DNA of 64,000 nucleotides from a bacterium. Lineage in GTDB: Bacteria > UBA8248. Both the position numbers and the translations under genes were made by a program. Where the stretch lies: assembly GCA_963692865.2 (NCBI GenBank), contig OY843592.1, positions 1,440,001 to 1,504,000 of the forward strand, given 5' to 3'. The notes under the pieces are model-generated. The model was not told the DNA's origin. It saw nothing but the letters and a program-made list of their open reading frames with translations, and made no database searches. Positions 9,419 to 19,277 of the stretch are shown here, in pieces (the first letter of the stretch is position 1; the number at the start of each line of letters is the position of its first letter).

Positions 9419-10219
9419 TCAGGAGGCGTTCGCCCCGGACTCTCCGGGGCCGCGTTTGAGGACGCCGGCGGCGTCGAAGCCGCCGTCCACCGGCAGCGTC
9501 ACGCCGTTGATGTAGCCCGATTCGGGCAGCGCCAGGTAGAGGGCCGCGGCCGCCACCTCCTCCGGCGCCCCGTAGCGGTTCATCGGAACGCTCCGGAGAT
9601 AGGCCCGGCGGGTCTCCTCGTCGTGCATCTGCTTCACCAGCGCGGTTTCGACGGGTCCCGGCGCCAGGGTGTTGACCGTCACGCCGAACCGCGCCCACTC
9701 CGCCGCCATCACCCGCGTCAACGCCGCGACGCCGCCCTTGGACGCGCCGTAGGCCGCGCGCCCCGTCCCGCCCCGCAGCCCCGCCACCGAGGACATCGAC
9801 ACGATCCGCCCGTATCCGGCCTCGACCATCACGGCGCCGGCGGCCTGCATCATCAGGAAACTTCCCGTGAGGTTGACGGCGATGATGCGGTTCCAGTCCG
9901 CAAGCGTCGTCTCCAGGGCCAGTATCTCCCTGCCGACGCCCGCGAAATGCATGAGGATTTCCAGCGAGCCGAAACGCTCGGTAACCGCCTTGATGAGCGC
10001 CTCGACGTCCCGGGACTCGGCCACGTCGGTCCTCGCGAAGGCCGCCTCGGCGCCTCGTTCTTTCAGCGCCTCCGCCGCCTGAGCGCCCGCCTCCTCGTTC
10101 AGGTCGGCGATGACGACGTTCGCGCCCGCGTCCGCCAGCGTTCGCGCCGTGGCGAGCCCGATGCCGCTCGCGCCGCCGGTGACGATAGCCGTGTGTCCTT
10201 CCAGCTTGAACGTGCCCAT
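9419..10219 (-). CDS. SDR family NAD(P)-dependent oxidoreductase
   Basis: VTGGASGIG, YGASKGG (YxxxK), VDGG; start at MGTFKLEG. Confidence 0.9.
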   Translation of the reverse strand: MGTFKLEGHTAIVTGGASGIGLATARTLADAGANVVIADLNEEAGAQAAEALKERGAEAAFARTDVAESRDVEALIKAVTERFGSLEILMHFAGVGREILALETTLADWNRIIAVNLTGSFLMMQAAGAVMVEAGYGRIVSMSSVAGLRGGTGRAAYGASKGGVAALTRVMAAEWARFGVTVNTLAPGPVETALVKQMHDEETRRAYLRSVPMNRYGAPEEVAAAALYLALPESGYINGVTLPVDGGFDAAGVLKRGPGESGANAS

Positions 10220-10326
10220 CGCGTGATGACTCCGGGTTCGCGGCCCCCTTCGGCGAATGCGCGCGGGAGGAGGCGGCCTTCTCCGGGCGGGGGCAGGTCG
10301 CGTCGGGTGAAGATGGGGCTTTCGCC

Positions 10327-10890
10327 TCAATCCGCCCCGCCCGCCAGACTCCTCTTCGTGAACACCGCGTCCAGCTCGTAGCCGCGCGCGGCGAGGTTCT
10401 CGCGTCCGCCTTCCTCGCGGTCCACGAGGCAGATGACGTGCGCGACTTCGAGGCCGAAGGCCAGGGCCGCGTCGATGGCCGTGAAGGTCGAGGCCGCGGT
10501 GGTCACCACGTCCTCGACGATGGCGGCCCTCATGCCGGGCTTGAGGTTCCCCGCCCCCTCGATGCGGTTCTGCATCCCGTGGCCCTTCTCGGCCTTTCGG
10601 ATGATGAAGGCGGGCACGTCCAGGCCTTCGAGGGCGGCGGTCATCGAGACGGCCGTCACCATCGGGTCCGCCCCCAGCGTGGGGCCGCCCACGGCCTGGG
10701 CGCTCCCCCTGATGCGCTCGTAGATCACCCGGCCCACGAGCCGCGCCCCCTCGCCGTGCAGCGTCACCTGGCGGCAGTCGACGTAGAAATCGCTCACCCG
10801 GCCCGAGGCGAGCGTCACCCGTTTTTTCTCGTACGCTTTTTCCAGCAGAAGCCCCCGGAGGGCTTCGAGGTCCGCATCAGGGTTCGTCAT
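10327..10890 (-). CDS. pyrE: Orotate phosphoribosyltransferase
   Basis: TLASGRVSDFYVDCR, IRKAEKGHG, IVEDVVTTAAS PRPP loop, VDREEGG. Confidence 0.93.
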   Translation of the reverse strand: MTNPDADLEALRGLLLEKAYEKKRVTLASGRVSDFYVDCRQVTLHGEGARLVGRVIYERIRGSAQAVGGPTLGADPMVTAVSMTAALEGLDVPAFIIRKAEKGHGMQNRIEGAGNLKPGMRAAIVEDVVTTAASTFTAIDAALAFGLEVAHVICLVDREEGGRENLAARGYELDAVFTKRSLAGGAD

Positions 10891-10900
10891 GGCGTCGTCT

Positions 10901-11161
10901 CTATGAATCGGTGGATGATCCGGGCGCGCCTCCGGCGGTTCCGAGTTCCCGGCAGATGTGGAGCGCCGCCTCCGCGAAGGCCTCGGGCACCATCAAGTGC
11001 ACGGCGCCCAGGTTCGTGCGGCTGAAGGCGTAGACCGAGCCCGCCGAGTCGTAACTCAGGTGCACGGGGATGCGCTCGGCCTCGAGCCTGGATTTCAGGA
11101 TCAACGCCTCCATCTGCCCGCCGACGGTGGCGATGCGCCTGAGGTCGGATGACCCCTTCAC
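10901..11161 (-). CDS. DUF2007-like putative signal-transducing protein (start uncertain)
   Basis: EALILKSRLEAERIP...VHLMVPEAFAEAA pattern. Confidence 0.6.
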   Translation of the reverse strand: MKGSSDLRRIATVGGQMEALILKSRLEAERIPVHLSYDSAGSVYAFSRTNLGAVHLMVPEAFAEAALHICRELGTAGGAPGSSTDS

Positions 11162-11279
11162 GCCTTCCGGCGTCCTGTCGCCCCACACGTTCTCGCTCCT
11201 CACCGGGAATCGGAAACCACCGCCCATGATCGAAGAAATCCGGCCGGGGCGCAAGGGCGGGATGGGGCGCAGGATGATT

Positions 11280-12025
11280 TTGTAGGGGCCGCATACATGC
11301 GGCCCTGCCTTTTCGCCTTCACAATGCGGGTCGCATGTATGCGGCCCCTACACGTCCCCTCGTGGGGCGACCGTAGGGACAGGCCTCCGCGCCTGTTCTC
11401 ACGAGGGACGGCCACGGAGGGCCGGACAACCCCTCCCCGGGGTTGTCCGGCTGCAAAACCATCGCGCCCGCCCACGCTACGTGAACCTGCATGCCGCCGC
11501 TCGCGAAACAGGGTTTTTCAACAACCCCGCCACGGTCGAATTTTCCCTCTTCGGGGGTGTTGAAAAAGTCCCTAAATGGAAAGTGTTCACCGTCATTCCG
11601 GCGAAAGCCGGAATCCATTTTACGCCTTTCGTCTTTCGTCGGGGTTCCCGCGCTTCGGCGGGGAATGAAAAGCCGCCGCGTATTCACCCGCACCCGCAAA
11701 TGAATTCCGGCATGCGCCGGAATGACGGCTGCGGGATTCCGATTTGCCGAAGGGTGTGTAGGTCGGACATATATGTCTGACCTACAAACCCCTCTGCTTT
11801 TCTCCTGCACGGCTTTTTCAGCAGCCCCGTATGCGGCGCCTGCGCCCCCTCGCATCCGTGGAGCCGGATCACGCCGCCGTCATTCCGGGGCAGGTGAAAC
11901 GCGGAAAACAACGGGGAAGGGCGGCCACGGGGATCGCTCCGGCTACGAACGCCTCGCGTATCGGAATGATCCCGTAGTGGGCCGCTCTTTAGCGGCCCAA
12001 GTTCGCGAACCGCCCCTACGGACAT
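11280..12025. repeat. Intergenic repeat mosaic (GTAG-type REP hairpins, REP-A 11592-11726, IS1182 ends at 11511, 11553 and 11811)
   Basis: GTAGGGGCCGCATACATGCGGCCC..., GTAGGTCGGACATATATGTCTGACCTAC, GTCATTCCGGCGAAAGCCGGAATCC...GGAATGAC, TTTTTCAACAACCCC. Confidence 0.85.
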
Positions 12026-12062
12026 ATCGCGTATCGAAACGCACCGCAGGCGCCCACCGGCC

Positions 12063-13361
12063 TCACAGCCACGCGAACTTCGCGGCGAACAGGAGCGCGA
12101 CCCCGACAAGCGTCGGCGAGCATTCGCGCGCGCGTCCCGCCATCAGCTTGATCAGGGCGTAGGTGATGACGCCGACGCCGATGCCGTCGGCGATGGAGAA
12201 CGTCAGCGGTATGGCGATGACGGTCAGTACCGCCGCGGCCGATTCGGTGGCGTCGCTCCAGTCCAGGTCCATGAGCGGGCGCGCCATCAGGCACGCCACG
12301 TAGAGGATGGCAGCCGCCGTCGCGTAGGGCGGAACCGAGCCCGCGAGCGGGGCGAAGAACAGGCAGGCGAGGAACAGGACGGCCACGACCACCGCGCACA
12401 GGCCCGTGCGCCCGCCCGCGCCGGTTCCGGCGGCGCTCTCGATGTAGCTCGTCACGGGCGAGGTGCCGAGCAGGGCGCCCCCGACCGTTCCCGCCGAGTC
12501 GGCGATCAGCGCGCGCTGCATGCGCGGGAGCCGCCCTTCCTCATCCAGGAGGTTCGCCTGGTGCGCCACGCCGATGAGCGTGCCCGTCGTGTCGAACAGG
12601 TCGACGAGCAGGAACGTGAGAACCACGGCGAGCATGCTCGCCTGCAGCGCGCCGGCGATGTCCAGGGCGAAGAGCGTCGGCGTCGGGTCGGGCGGCAGCG
12701 AGGCGAAGCCCTTCCATTCGGAGACGCCGAACGCCAGGCCCGCGGCGGCGACCGCCAGCATCCCGATGAGCGCGGCGCCCGGCGCCCTGCGCGCGTCGAG
12801 CGCCACGATCAGGCAGAAGCCGGCCAGGCACAGCAGCGGTTCGGGCGTCGTCAGGTGGCCCACGGTGACCAGCGTCGCCTTGCTGCCCTGAATGACGCCG
12901 GCGTTCTTGAGCGCGATGACGCCCAGGAACAATCCGATTCCGGCCGCAATGCCCAGCTTGAGTCCCTGCGGTATCGCCTCGACGATCCAGCGCCGCACCG
13001 GCAGTATGCTGATCGCCAGGAACAACAGGCCGGAAACGAAGACCGCGCCCAGCGCGACCTCCCACTTGTGGCCGAGTCCGAGCACGACGCTGAAGGCGAA
13101 GAAGGCGTTCAGGCCCATGCCCGGCGCCAGCGCGATCGGGTAGTTGGCGTAGAGGCCCATAATCAGCGTGGCGCCCGCCGCCGAGAGGCAGGTGGCGACG
13201 AACACCGCGTCGAACGGCATGCCGGTGCTGGAGAGGATCTGCGGGTTCACGAAGGCGATGTAGGCCATCGTCAGGAACGTCGTCACGCCCGCCGTAATTT
13301 CCGTCCGTACGTCGGCGCCGCGCTGCGCCAGTCCGAAGAAGCGTTCAAGGGTATCGGTCAT
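12063..13361 (-). CDS. NCS2/AzgA family purine permease
   Basis: AGVTTFLTMAYI, ALAPGMGLNAFFAF, DLFDTTGTL, YIESAAG..AGGRTGL. Confidence 0.92.
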   Translation of the reverse strand: MTDTLERFFGLAQRGADVRTEITAGVTTFLTMAYIAFVNPQILSSTGMPFDAVFVATCLSAAGATLIMGLYANYPIALAPGMGLNAFFAFSVVLGLGHKWEVALGAVFVSGLLFLAISILPVRRWIVEAIPQGLKLGIAAGIGLFLGVIALKNAGVIQGSKATLVTVGHLTTPEPLLCLAGFCLIVALDARRAPGAALIGMLAVAAAGLAFGVSEWKGFASLPPDPTPTLFALDIAGALQASMLAVVLTFLLVDLFDTTGTLIGVAHQANLLDEEGRLPRMQRALIADSAGTVGGALLGTSPVTSYIESAAGTGAGGRTGLCAVVVAVLFLACLFFAPLAGSVPPYATAAAILYVACLMARPLMDLDWSDATESAAAVLTVIAIPLTFSIADGIGVGVITYALIKLMAGRARECSPTLVGVALLFAAKFAWL

Positions 13362-13494
13362 GGGTTCCTCTCACGGGTTTTCGGGGCGGGCGGTTCGGGG
13401 CGGCCTTCGGTTCGAGATTGCGCCGCAGTCTAATACAGCGCCGAGGATTTTTCGAGCGGGGGCCACATGGCCCACCCTAACGAGTCGATGCGGT

Positions 13495-14385
13495 TTTGTT
13501 CGTCATTCCGGCGCATGCCGGAATCCAGAACCGATGAGAAGGATAAATATCGGCATTCCATTCCCTCATTCATTCGCCGGGAATGACGGACAAAGAACAA
13601 AAGACAAAGTCCCTGGATTCCGGCATGCGCCGGAATGACGGTGAGCAATCTCGATTCAAGGGGATTGTTGAAAAACCCCACGCCGGGGGACATCGTTTTT
13701 ACCGGGAAGGCCGCTTCCGCGCGAACCCCCAAACCCCCTCGTCGGAACCACCCCCCCTATCCCCCCTTGTCAGGGGTCAAACGCGAGTGATGAACGAGCG
13801 TTTGCATAAGCCATTGACGAGAAACACATCGGCTCGCAAAACCTCCCTCTTCGGTCGGTTTTGACCCCTGACAAGGGGCTGTTGAAAAAGTTCACAAAAG
13901 GAGCACGCCGAATTTCACTCCCCCCTTGAGGGGTTGTTGAAAAACCTGTCCCTCTCGGATCAGCCACGTTTTATCCGTAGGGGCAATCCCTCCTCGGGAC
14001 TGCCCCACCATTCGCGAACGGCCCTTCCCGGAGAAGAAACGGGCGCTTCACGAAGCGCCCCTCCGGTCGCCATTCGAGATGGTATTGTATGTCGGACATA
14101 TATGTCCGACATATCATGCGACCCGCATATCGAACGGGGAGGGCCGCATGATATGCGGCCCCTACACCGCCACTCGAACGACGCCTATGGGGACAAGCCT
14201 CTGCGCCCGCCCGTATTTAGCGCCCGTCAGACAACCCTTTTCATCAGGACAGGCGCGGGGGCCTGTCCCTACGCAAGGATAGCGTCTTCGCAGGGCAGCC
14301 TCTTCTTCAGTCGAGGCTGACTCCGCCTTCTCCCGGTTTTCGTTTCCGGCAATCGGACGGACACACGGGTCCGCCCCGACGGTCC
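13495..14385. repeat. Intergenic repeat mosaic (REP-A 13502-13639, IS ends at 13660, 13875 and 13930, GTAG REPs)
   Basis: Same repeat families as the other mosaics; 13930-14170 is an inverted homologue of about 16535-16777. Confidence 0.85.
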
Positions 14386-14450
14386 ACCCCCCCCGGTTGG
14401 TTTCCCCTTCCATGAAATGGTAGTTTGGTGCCGAAACGGGAGGAGACGCC

Positions 14451-15449
14451 TTGCGACGATTGTGGTTCATCATCCTGGCGGCGGCCCTGGGGCTGCCGGT
14501 CCATACGGCGGGCGACGCTCGGGCCGGGCCTGCGCGGGAGGACGCCCGGAATCAGGCGGCGCGGGCGCCTTTCGTCGTGGTGCTCGACCCCGGCCACGGG
14601 GGGCGCGACGCCGGCAGCCGCGGCGCGCGGCTTCTGGAGAAGGATTTCGCGCTCCGCGCGGCGGAGATGCTGGCCGCGCTCCTCGCAAGACGCCCCGAGG
14701 TGAAGGCGGTCCTCACGCGCGAGGCCGACACGGAGATGACCGCCGTCCAGCGCGCCTCGGTGGCGAACTACAACGCCGCCTCGTTGTTCCTCACCCTGCA
14801 CGCGGACGCCTCCTGGCGGCCCGGCGCGCGGGGGCCGGCCATCATGGTGGCGGCGCCCAGGCGTCCGCCGCGCGTGGCCGGGGAGGCGGCCCGGGCCGTG
14901 GCGTTCCGCTGGCAGCGGAGCCAGAACGTCCATCTGGCCTCGAACCGCCGCTTCGCCCTGGACCTGCAGAGGCGCTTCGCCGCCATCCGCGCGGGCGCGA
15001 GGCCGCCGCTCCGCATTCTCGCCGTGCGCGATCTGGAGGGCGCGCGCATGCCCGCGGCTTACGTGAGCCTGGGCGTCATCAGCACGCCCGAGGACGAGGC
15101 GCGCCTGAGCGAGACGGGAGAAGAGGACCCATACCTCACGGCGCTCGCCAGGGCGGTGCTCAAGTTCGCGGGCCTCACGGAAGACCTGCCGCCCAAACCG
15201 CCCGCGCCCGAAGAGGCCGCGCCGGTAGAGACTCCCGAATCGCAGGCCACACCGACTGAATCTTCACGGGTTCCGGAGACCCCTCCGCAGCCTGAATCTG
15301 GTGAACCCGAAGCCGCGCCGTCTGAATCTTCAGGGGCGCCCGATCCGCCTCGGCGGCCTGAATCTACTGAACCGCAACCCGCGCAGGCGGGATCGCCTCA
15401 GCCGGGGTCCGGGACGCAGAACGCCGCGCCTTCCGGGGAGGGCCGCTAG
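14451..15449 (+). CDS. N-acetylmuramoyl-L-alanine amidase (Amidase_3), catalytic Glu apparently replaced, Pro/Glu-rich tail
   Basis: Signal peptide, LDPGHGG, EKD, LTR, LHAD; MPAAYVSLG where PAVLVExG is expected. Confidence 0.8.
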   Translation: MRRLWFIILAAALGLPVHTAGDARAGPAREDARNQAARAPFVVVLDPGHGGRDAGSRGARLLEKDFALRAAEMLAALLARRPEVKAVLTREADTEMTAVQRASVANYNAASLFLTLHADASWRPGARGPAIMVAAPRRPPRVAGEAARAVAFRWQRSQNVHLASNRRFALDLQRRFAAIRAGARPPLRILAVRDLEGARMPAAYVSLGVISTPEDEARLSETGEEDPYLTALARAVLKFAGLTEDLPPKPPAPEEAAPVETPESQATPTESSRVPETPPQPESGEPEAAPSESSGAPDPPRRPESTEPQPAQAGSPQPGSGTQNAAPSGEGR

Positions 15450-15450
15450 G

Positions 15451-16242
15451 GTGGCGAAGAAACTCGCGCTGGCCGTCTTGATCATCCTCGTGAGCGGAGC
15501 GCTCGTCTGGAATTTCCAGGAAACCGTCTTGGACTTCATCGAGCGGGGCCGGGACGCCGAGGTAGACGACGCCGGGCGGCCCGGCGCCGCGCGCGCGCCG
15601 GGCGTGAAGAAGACGCTTTATTTCGCAAGCGCCGAGCAAGACGCGCTCGTTCCCTATCCCGTCGAGGTCGAGATCGGGAAGAAGGAGGTCGATACCCTGC
15701 GCAACGTGCTGGCGGCGCTCATCGCCGGACCCGAGAGGGAGGGGTACGCGCCGGTCATTCCCAAAGGAGTGAAGCTGCGCGCCGCGTTTCCGGGGCCGGA
15801 CGGGGTCGCCTACGTCGATTTCGACGAGGCCTTGAGAGACGCGCACCCGGGCGGCGTGTGGGCGGAACTGATGACCGCCTACGGCGTCGCCAACACCGTG
15901 ATCGGGAATTTTCCCGATCTGTACGATCGCGTGGCGCTGCTCATCGGGGGGCAGGAGGCGCTGAGCATCGCGGGCTCCCTGGCCATCACGGGCCCGCTCA
16001 AGGCGCGCGAGGAGTTGCTAATGAATCGCGCTCCCGCACCCGCCGCGGGCGGCGCATCCCAAGACGCGCGGGAGGCGGTTACGCAAAACGCCGCCACGGC
16101 CGCCCAGGGGCCTCCCGCGAGCGCCGTGGGCGAACCCAGGGAGACCCTCCCGCCGGTGGGCGGCTCTCCCCTCTCGCCGGTGGGCGTGCCCGAGAAAAAG
16201 CCGGACGTGGACGCGGTGGGCGCGCCGGGTGGGGATCGTTGA
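15451..16242 (+). CDS. GerMN domain-containing protein
   Basis: N-terminal TM, TLYFA, LIAGP, IPKGVKL, AYVDF, VANTV; GTG start just after the amidase stop. Confidence 0.8.
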   Translation: MAKKLALAVLIILVSGALVWNFQETVLDFIERGRDAEVDDAGRPGAARAPGVKKTLYFASAEQDALVPYPVEVEIGKKEVDTLRNVLAALIAGPEREGYAPVIPKGVKLRAAFPGPDGVAYVDFDEALRDAHPGGVWAELMTAYGVANTVIGNFPDLYDRVALLIGGQEALSIAGSLAITGPLKAREELLMNRAPAPAAGGASQDAREAVTQNAATAAQGPPASAVGEPRETLPPVGGSPLSPVGVPEKKPDVDAVGAPGGDR

Positions 16243-16292
16243 AAAAGCCTTAATGAACAAGGATTTAACGCGACCGATGAAAGTGTAAGAAT

Positions 16293-16463
16293 CACTCCCC
16301 CCTTGAGGGTCTGGCTTCCCGAGGGGAAAGCCAGACGAAGAGGCCGAGCCTTGGCGAAGGCCGATTCGGCGGGGGACATGGTGATAAAATCAAAAGCTCC
16401 CCCCACCAGTTCGCTTTCGGGCTTACGCCCTTAGCTCACTGACTCCCCCTCAAGGGGGGAGTG
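16293..16463. repeat. REP-C/MITE-like element with 17-bp terminal inverted repeats (intact copy)
   Basis: CACTCCCCCCTTGAGGG...CCCTCAAGGGGGGAGTG; near-identical second copy at 16778-16938; IS-interrupted copy at 59134-60840. Confidence 0.85.
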
Positions 16464-16499
16464 TTTCCATACTGCGTGTTAATCGGTATTGCTCGCGAG

Positions 16500-17030
16500 G
16501 AGGGAGTGAACTTCAAGACCATCGAGGTCGAACACGGGCGGTGTAGGGGCCGCATATCATGCGGCCCGCCGCCGGAGGGGCGAAAAGGCCGGGCCGCATG
16601 ATATGTCGGACATATATGTCTGACCTACACACCCTCTTGAAAGACGACCGTGGGGGCGCTTCGTGAAGCGCCCGTTTCTTCTCCGGGGCGGGGCGTTGAT
16701 GAACGCCCCACGTTCGCGAACGGCCCCTACGGGTAAAACGTGGTTGATCCGAGAGGGACGGATTTTTCAACAGCCCCTTGAGGGTCGGGCTTCCCGAGGG
16801 GAAAGCCAGACGAAGAGGCCGAGCCTTGGCGAAGGCCGATTCGGCGGGGGACATGGTGATAAAATCAAAAGCTCCCCCCACCAGTTCGCTTTCGGGCTTA
16901 CGCCCTTAGTTCACTGACTCCCCCTCAAGGGGGGAGTGAATTGTCTCTCTCCTTGGCTTGTAGCGATCCTATGGAGGGTGTGGTTTTGTTTGTCATTCCG
17001 GCATTGCAGGCGTTTCCCAACAGCCCCCTG
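16500..17030. repeat. Repeat mosaic: inverted copy of the 13930-14170 cassette, IS end (to 16777), second REP-C
   Basis: Direct comparison of the sequences. Confidence 0.8.
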
Positions 17031-17039
17031 TAATTCGCG

Positions 17040-18413
17040 TCAGGCGCACGCCTCGCGTATGGATTCCTCCAGAACCCCCACCATCCGGCTGATCTCCTCG
17101 TTCGTCACGCAGTAAGGCGGCATCAGGACGATCACGTCGCCCAGGGGCCGCACGGCGAGGCCGCGCCTTCTCGCCGCCAGGATGACCGCGCGCCCCTTGC
17201 GCTCGGCGGGCGTGTAGGGTTCCTTCGTCGCCTTGTTCTTCAAAAGCTCCACGCCGACCATCCAGCCCAGGCCGCGCGCCTCGCCCACGTGGGCCGAGGC
17301 TTTCAGCCGTTCGAGTTCGCTCCAAAGGCGGACAATCTTCGCCCGGTTCGTTTCGATGGTGCGTTCTCTCTCGAAAATTTCGAGGTTCGCAAGCGCCGCG
17401 GCGCAGGCGAGCGGGTTCCCCGTGTAGGAGTGCCCGTGAAAGAACGCCCGGCCCGTCTCGGGCGGTCCGCGGAATGCGTCGAAAATCTCCTCGCTCGCGA
17501 GCGTCGCCGCCAGCGGCAGGTAGCCGCCCGTGATGCCCTTGGCGAGGCACAGGATGTCGGGGGAGACGCCCTCGTGCTCGCAGGCGAACATGGGGCCGGT
17601 GCGCCCGAAGCCCGTGGCGACCTCGTCCGCTATCAGGAGCACGTCGTGCGCCGCGCACGCCTCGCGCACCTTATGGAGAAAGCCCGTCGGCTGGACGATC
17701 ATCCCCGCCGCTCCCTGCACCATCGGCTCCAGGACCACCGCCGCTAGATGCGGCGCGTTCTCCGCGATGTGATGCGCGATCTCATCGCCCGAACACACCG
17801 GACACGGCGGGCGCTCCGCCCCCCTCGGGCACCAGAAGCAATAGGGCGCCTCAGCTCTCATGGTCTGGAAGAGGAGCGGCCCGAAGATGTGGTGGAACAG
17901 GTCGATTCCGCCCACAGACACCGCGCCGACCGTGTCGCCGTGGTAGGCCAGGTTCAGGGTGAGGAACCTGTCTTTCTCAGGCTTGGGGTCTTTTCTCTGC
18001 TTTTGGTATTGAAACGCCATCTTGAGGGCGATTTCCACCGCCGTCGCGCCCGAATCAGAATAAAAAACGCGGGTGAGGCCTTCTGGCGCGATTCGCGTGA
18101 GCTTTTCGGCGAGTTCGATGGCGGCGGGATTCGCCATGCCGAGCTGGGTGGTGTGGGCGATCCGCCCAAGCTGGGCGCGGACGGCCTCGTCTATCTCTTC
18201 CTTGCGGTGTCCGTGTATGTTCACCCACAGGGAGGACACGCCGTCCAGGTAGCGCCCGCCCTCCACGTCGATCAGGTACGCCCCCTCGCCGCGCTCGACG
18301 ATGAGCGGCGGGTCCTCATTCTCCCACTCGTCCATGGGGGTGAAGGGATGCCAGAGGTGCTTCCTGTCCGCGTCTGTCAGTCGGCGGAGGCGCCCCGCTT
18401 CGTCGGTGCTCAT
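17040..18413 (-). CDS. bioA: Adenosylmethionine-8-amino-7-oxononanoate aminotransferase
   Basis: LWHPFTPM, SSLWVNIHGH, YHGDT, ADEVATGFGRTG, AKGITGGYLP, HGHSYTGNP. Confidence 0.95.
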   Translation of the reverse strand: MSTDEAGRLRRLTDADRKHLWHPFTPMDEWENEDPPLIVERGEGAYLIDVEGGRYLDGVSSLWVNIHGHRKEEIDEAVRAQLGRIAHTTQLGMANPAAIELAEKLTRIAPEGLTRVFYSDSGATAVEIALKMAFQYQKQRKDPKPEKDRFLTLNLAYHGDTVGAVSVGGIDLFHHIFGPLLFQTMRAEAPYCFWCPRGAERPPCPVCSGDEIAHHIAENAPHLAAVVLEPMVQGAAGMIVQPTGFLHKVREACAAHDVLLIADEVATGFGRTGPMFACEHEGVSPDILCLAKGITGGYLPLAATLASEEIFDAFRGPPETGRAFFHGHSYTGNPLACAAALANLEIFERERTIETNRAKIVRLWSELERLKASAHVGEARGLGWMVGVELLKNKATKEPYTPAERKGRAVILAARRRGLAVRPLGDVIVLMPPYCVTNEEISRMVGVLEESIREACA

Positions 18414-19189
18414 GCGGGGCGTTCGGCGAGGATGACGGCTTCCTGCTCATCGAAGGCGAACGCACCGTCCTCCTCGCGCGGGTCGAGCCAGTAGGCGATG
18501 GCGGGCGAGGCGCTTTCGAGATATGCGCGAAGCGCCGCCTTGTCCGCGTCCGTGAGGTGGGGACGGTTCACCCACTCGGAGAGCACCATCTTCTTACGGA
18601 GCGTCTCCGAATAGAGGACGCGGAAGCCCGCCGCCTCCAGCATCTCCACCAGGTCGGGCAGGCTGTCGCATCGGTTGTGGCTCGGGTCGCGCAGGCGCTC
18701 GAAATCGTTGTAGCTGTCCTGCTCCCTGGGTTCTTCCGGCGCGATGTTGTCGATGTAGACGAGCCTGCCGCCGGGTTTCAGGACGCGGAACATCTCGCGC
18801 ATCGAGGCCTCTACGTCGGGGAAATGATGTGGCGCGATGCGCACCGATACCGAATCGAGCGCGCCCGTCTGGACGGCGATGCTCTCGGCGTCGGTTCTGA
18901 GATAGGAGACGTTCCCGACGCCCTTCTCCTCCCCTAATCTTCGCGCGGAATCGAGCATGCCGGCGGTCAGGTCGCTCGCGATGACGTGGCGGCACTTCTC
19001 CGCCATCCGGTAGGCCGTGTGGCCCGCGCCCGTGGCGACGTCGAGATGGACGCCTCCGCTCGGGTTCAGCACCTCGGCGGAGCGCGCAAGCGAACTGCTC
19101 CGCGCATGCGGCGCGCTGGTGACATAGTAGTCCGAATCCTGGTTGTAAATCTTCTGTACGGCCTCTCGCTGCTCCCTGGACGTGTCCAT
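18410..19189 (-). CDS. Class I SAM-dependent methyltransferase
   Basis: LDVATGAGHTA, APHHFPD, RVLKPGG, RLRDPSH; stop overlaps the bioA start. Confidence 0.85.
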   Translation of the reverse strand: MDTSREQREAVQKIYNQDSDYYVTSAPHARSSSLARSAEVLNPSGGVHLDVATGAGHTAYRMAEKCRHVIASDLTAGMLDSARRLGEEKGVGNVSYLRTDAESIAVQTGALDSVSVRIAPHHFPDVEASMREMFRVLKPGGRLVYIDNIAPEEPREQDSYNDFERLRDPSHNRCDSLPDLVEMLEAAGFRVLYSETLRKKMVLSEWVNRPHLTDADKAALRAYLESASPAIAYWLDPREEDGAFAFDEQEAVILAERPA

Positions 19190-19277
19190 GCGGCTCCTCG
19201 ATGAGAACGGGAATATCGGCTTGCGGGGGGAGTATTTCCAGAAAACCGGTTTTGAGGCAAGCACCTGGCGGGTCAAT

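Noticed and set aside
11200-12162. ORFs within the repeat mosaics (also about 13.4-14.4, 16.5-16.9, 24.7-25.6, 53.5-54.5 and 56.5-57.0 kb)
   Set aside because: They translate repeat DNA (recurrent LLKN, FFNNP, VIPAHAGI, DSGMRRND); no protein-family motifs
13362-13495. Purine riboswitch upstream of the NCS2 permease
   Set aside because: No recognisable purine-aptamer core; only short GC-rich hairpins before the repeat mosaic
18410-19189. bioC assignment for the methyltransferase next to bioA
   Set aside because: Only generic class I motifs; no bioB, bioF or bioD nearby
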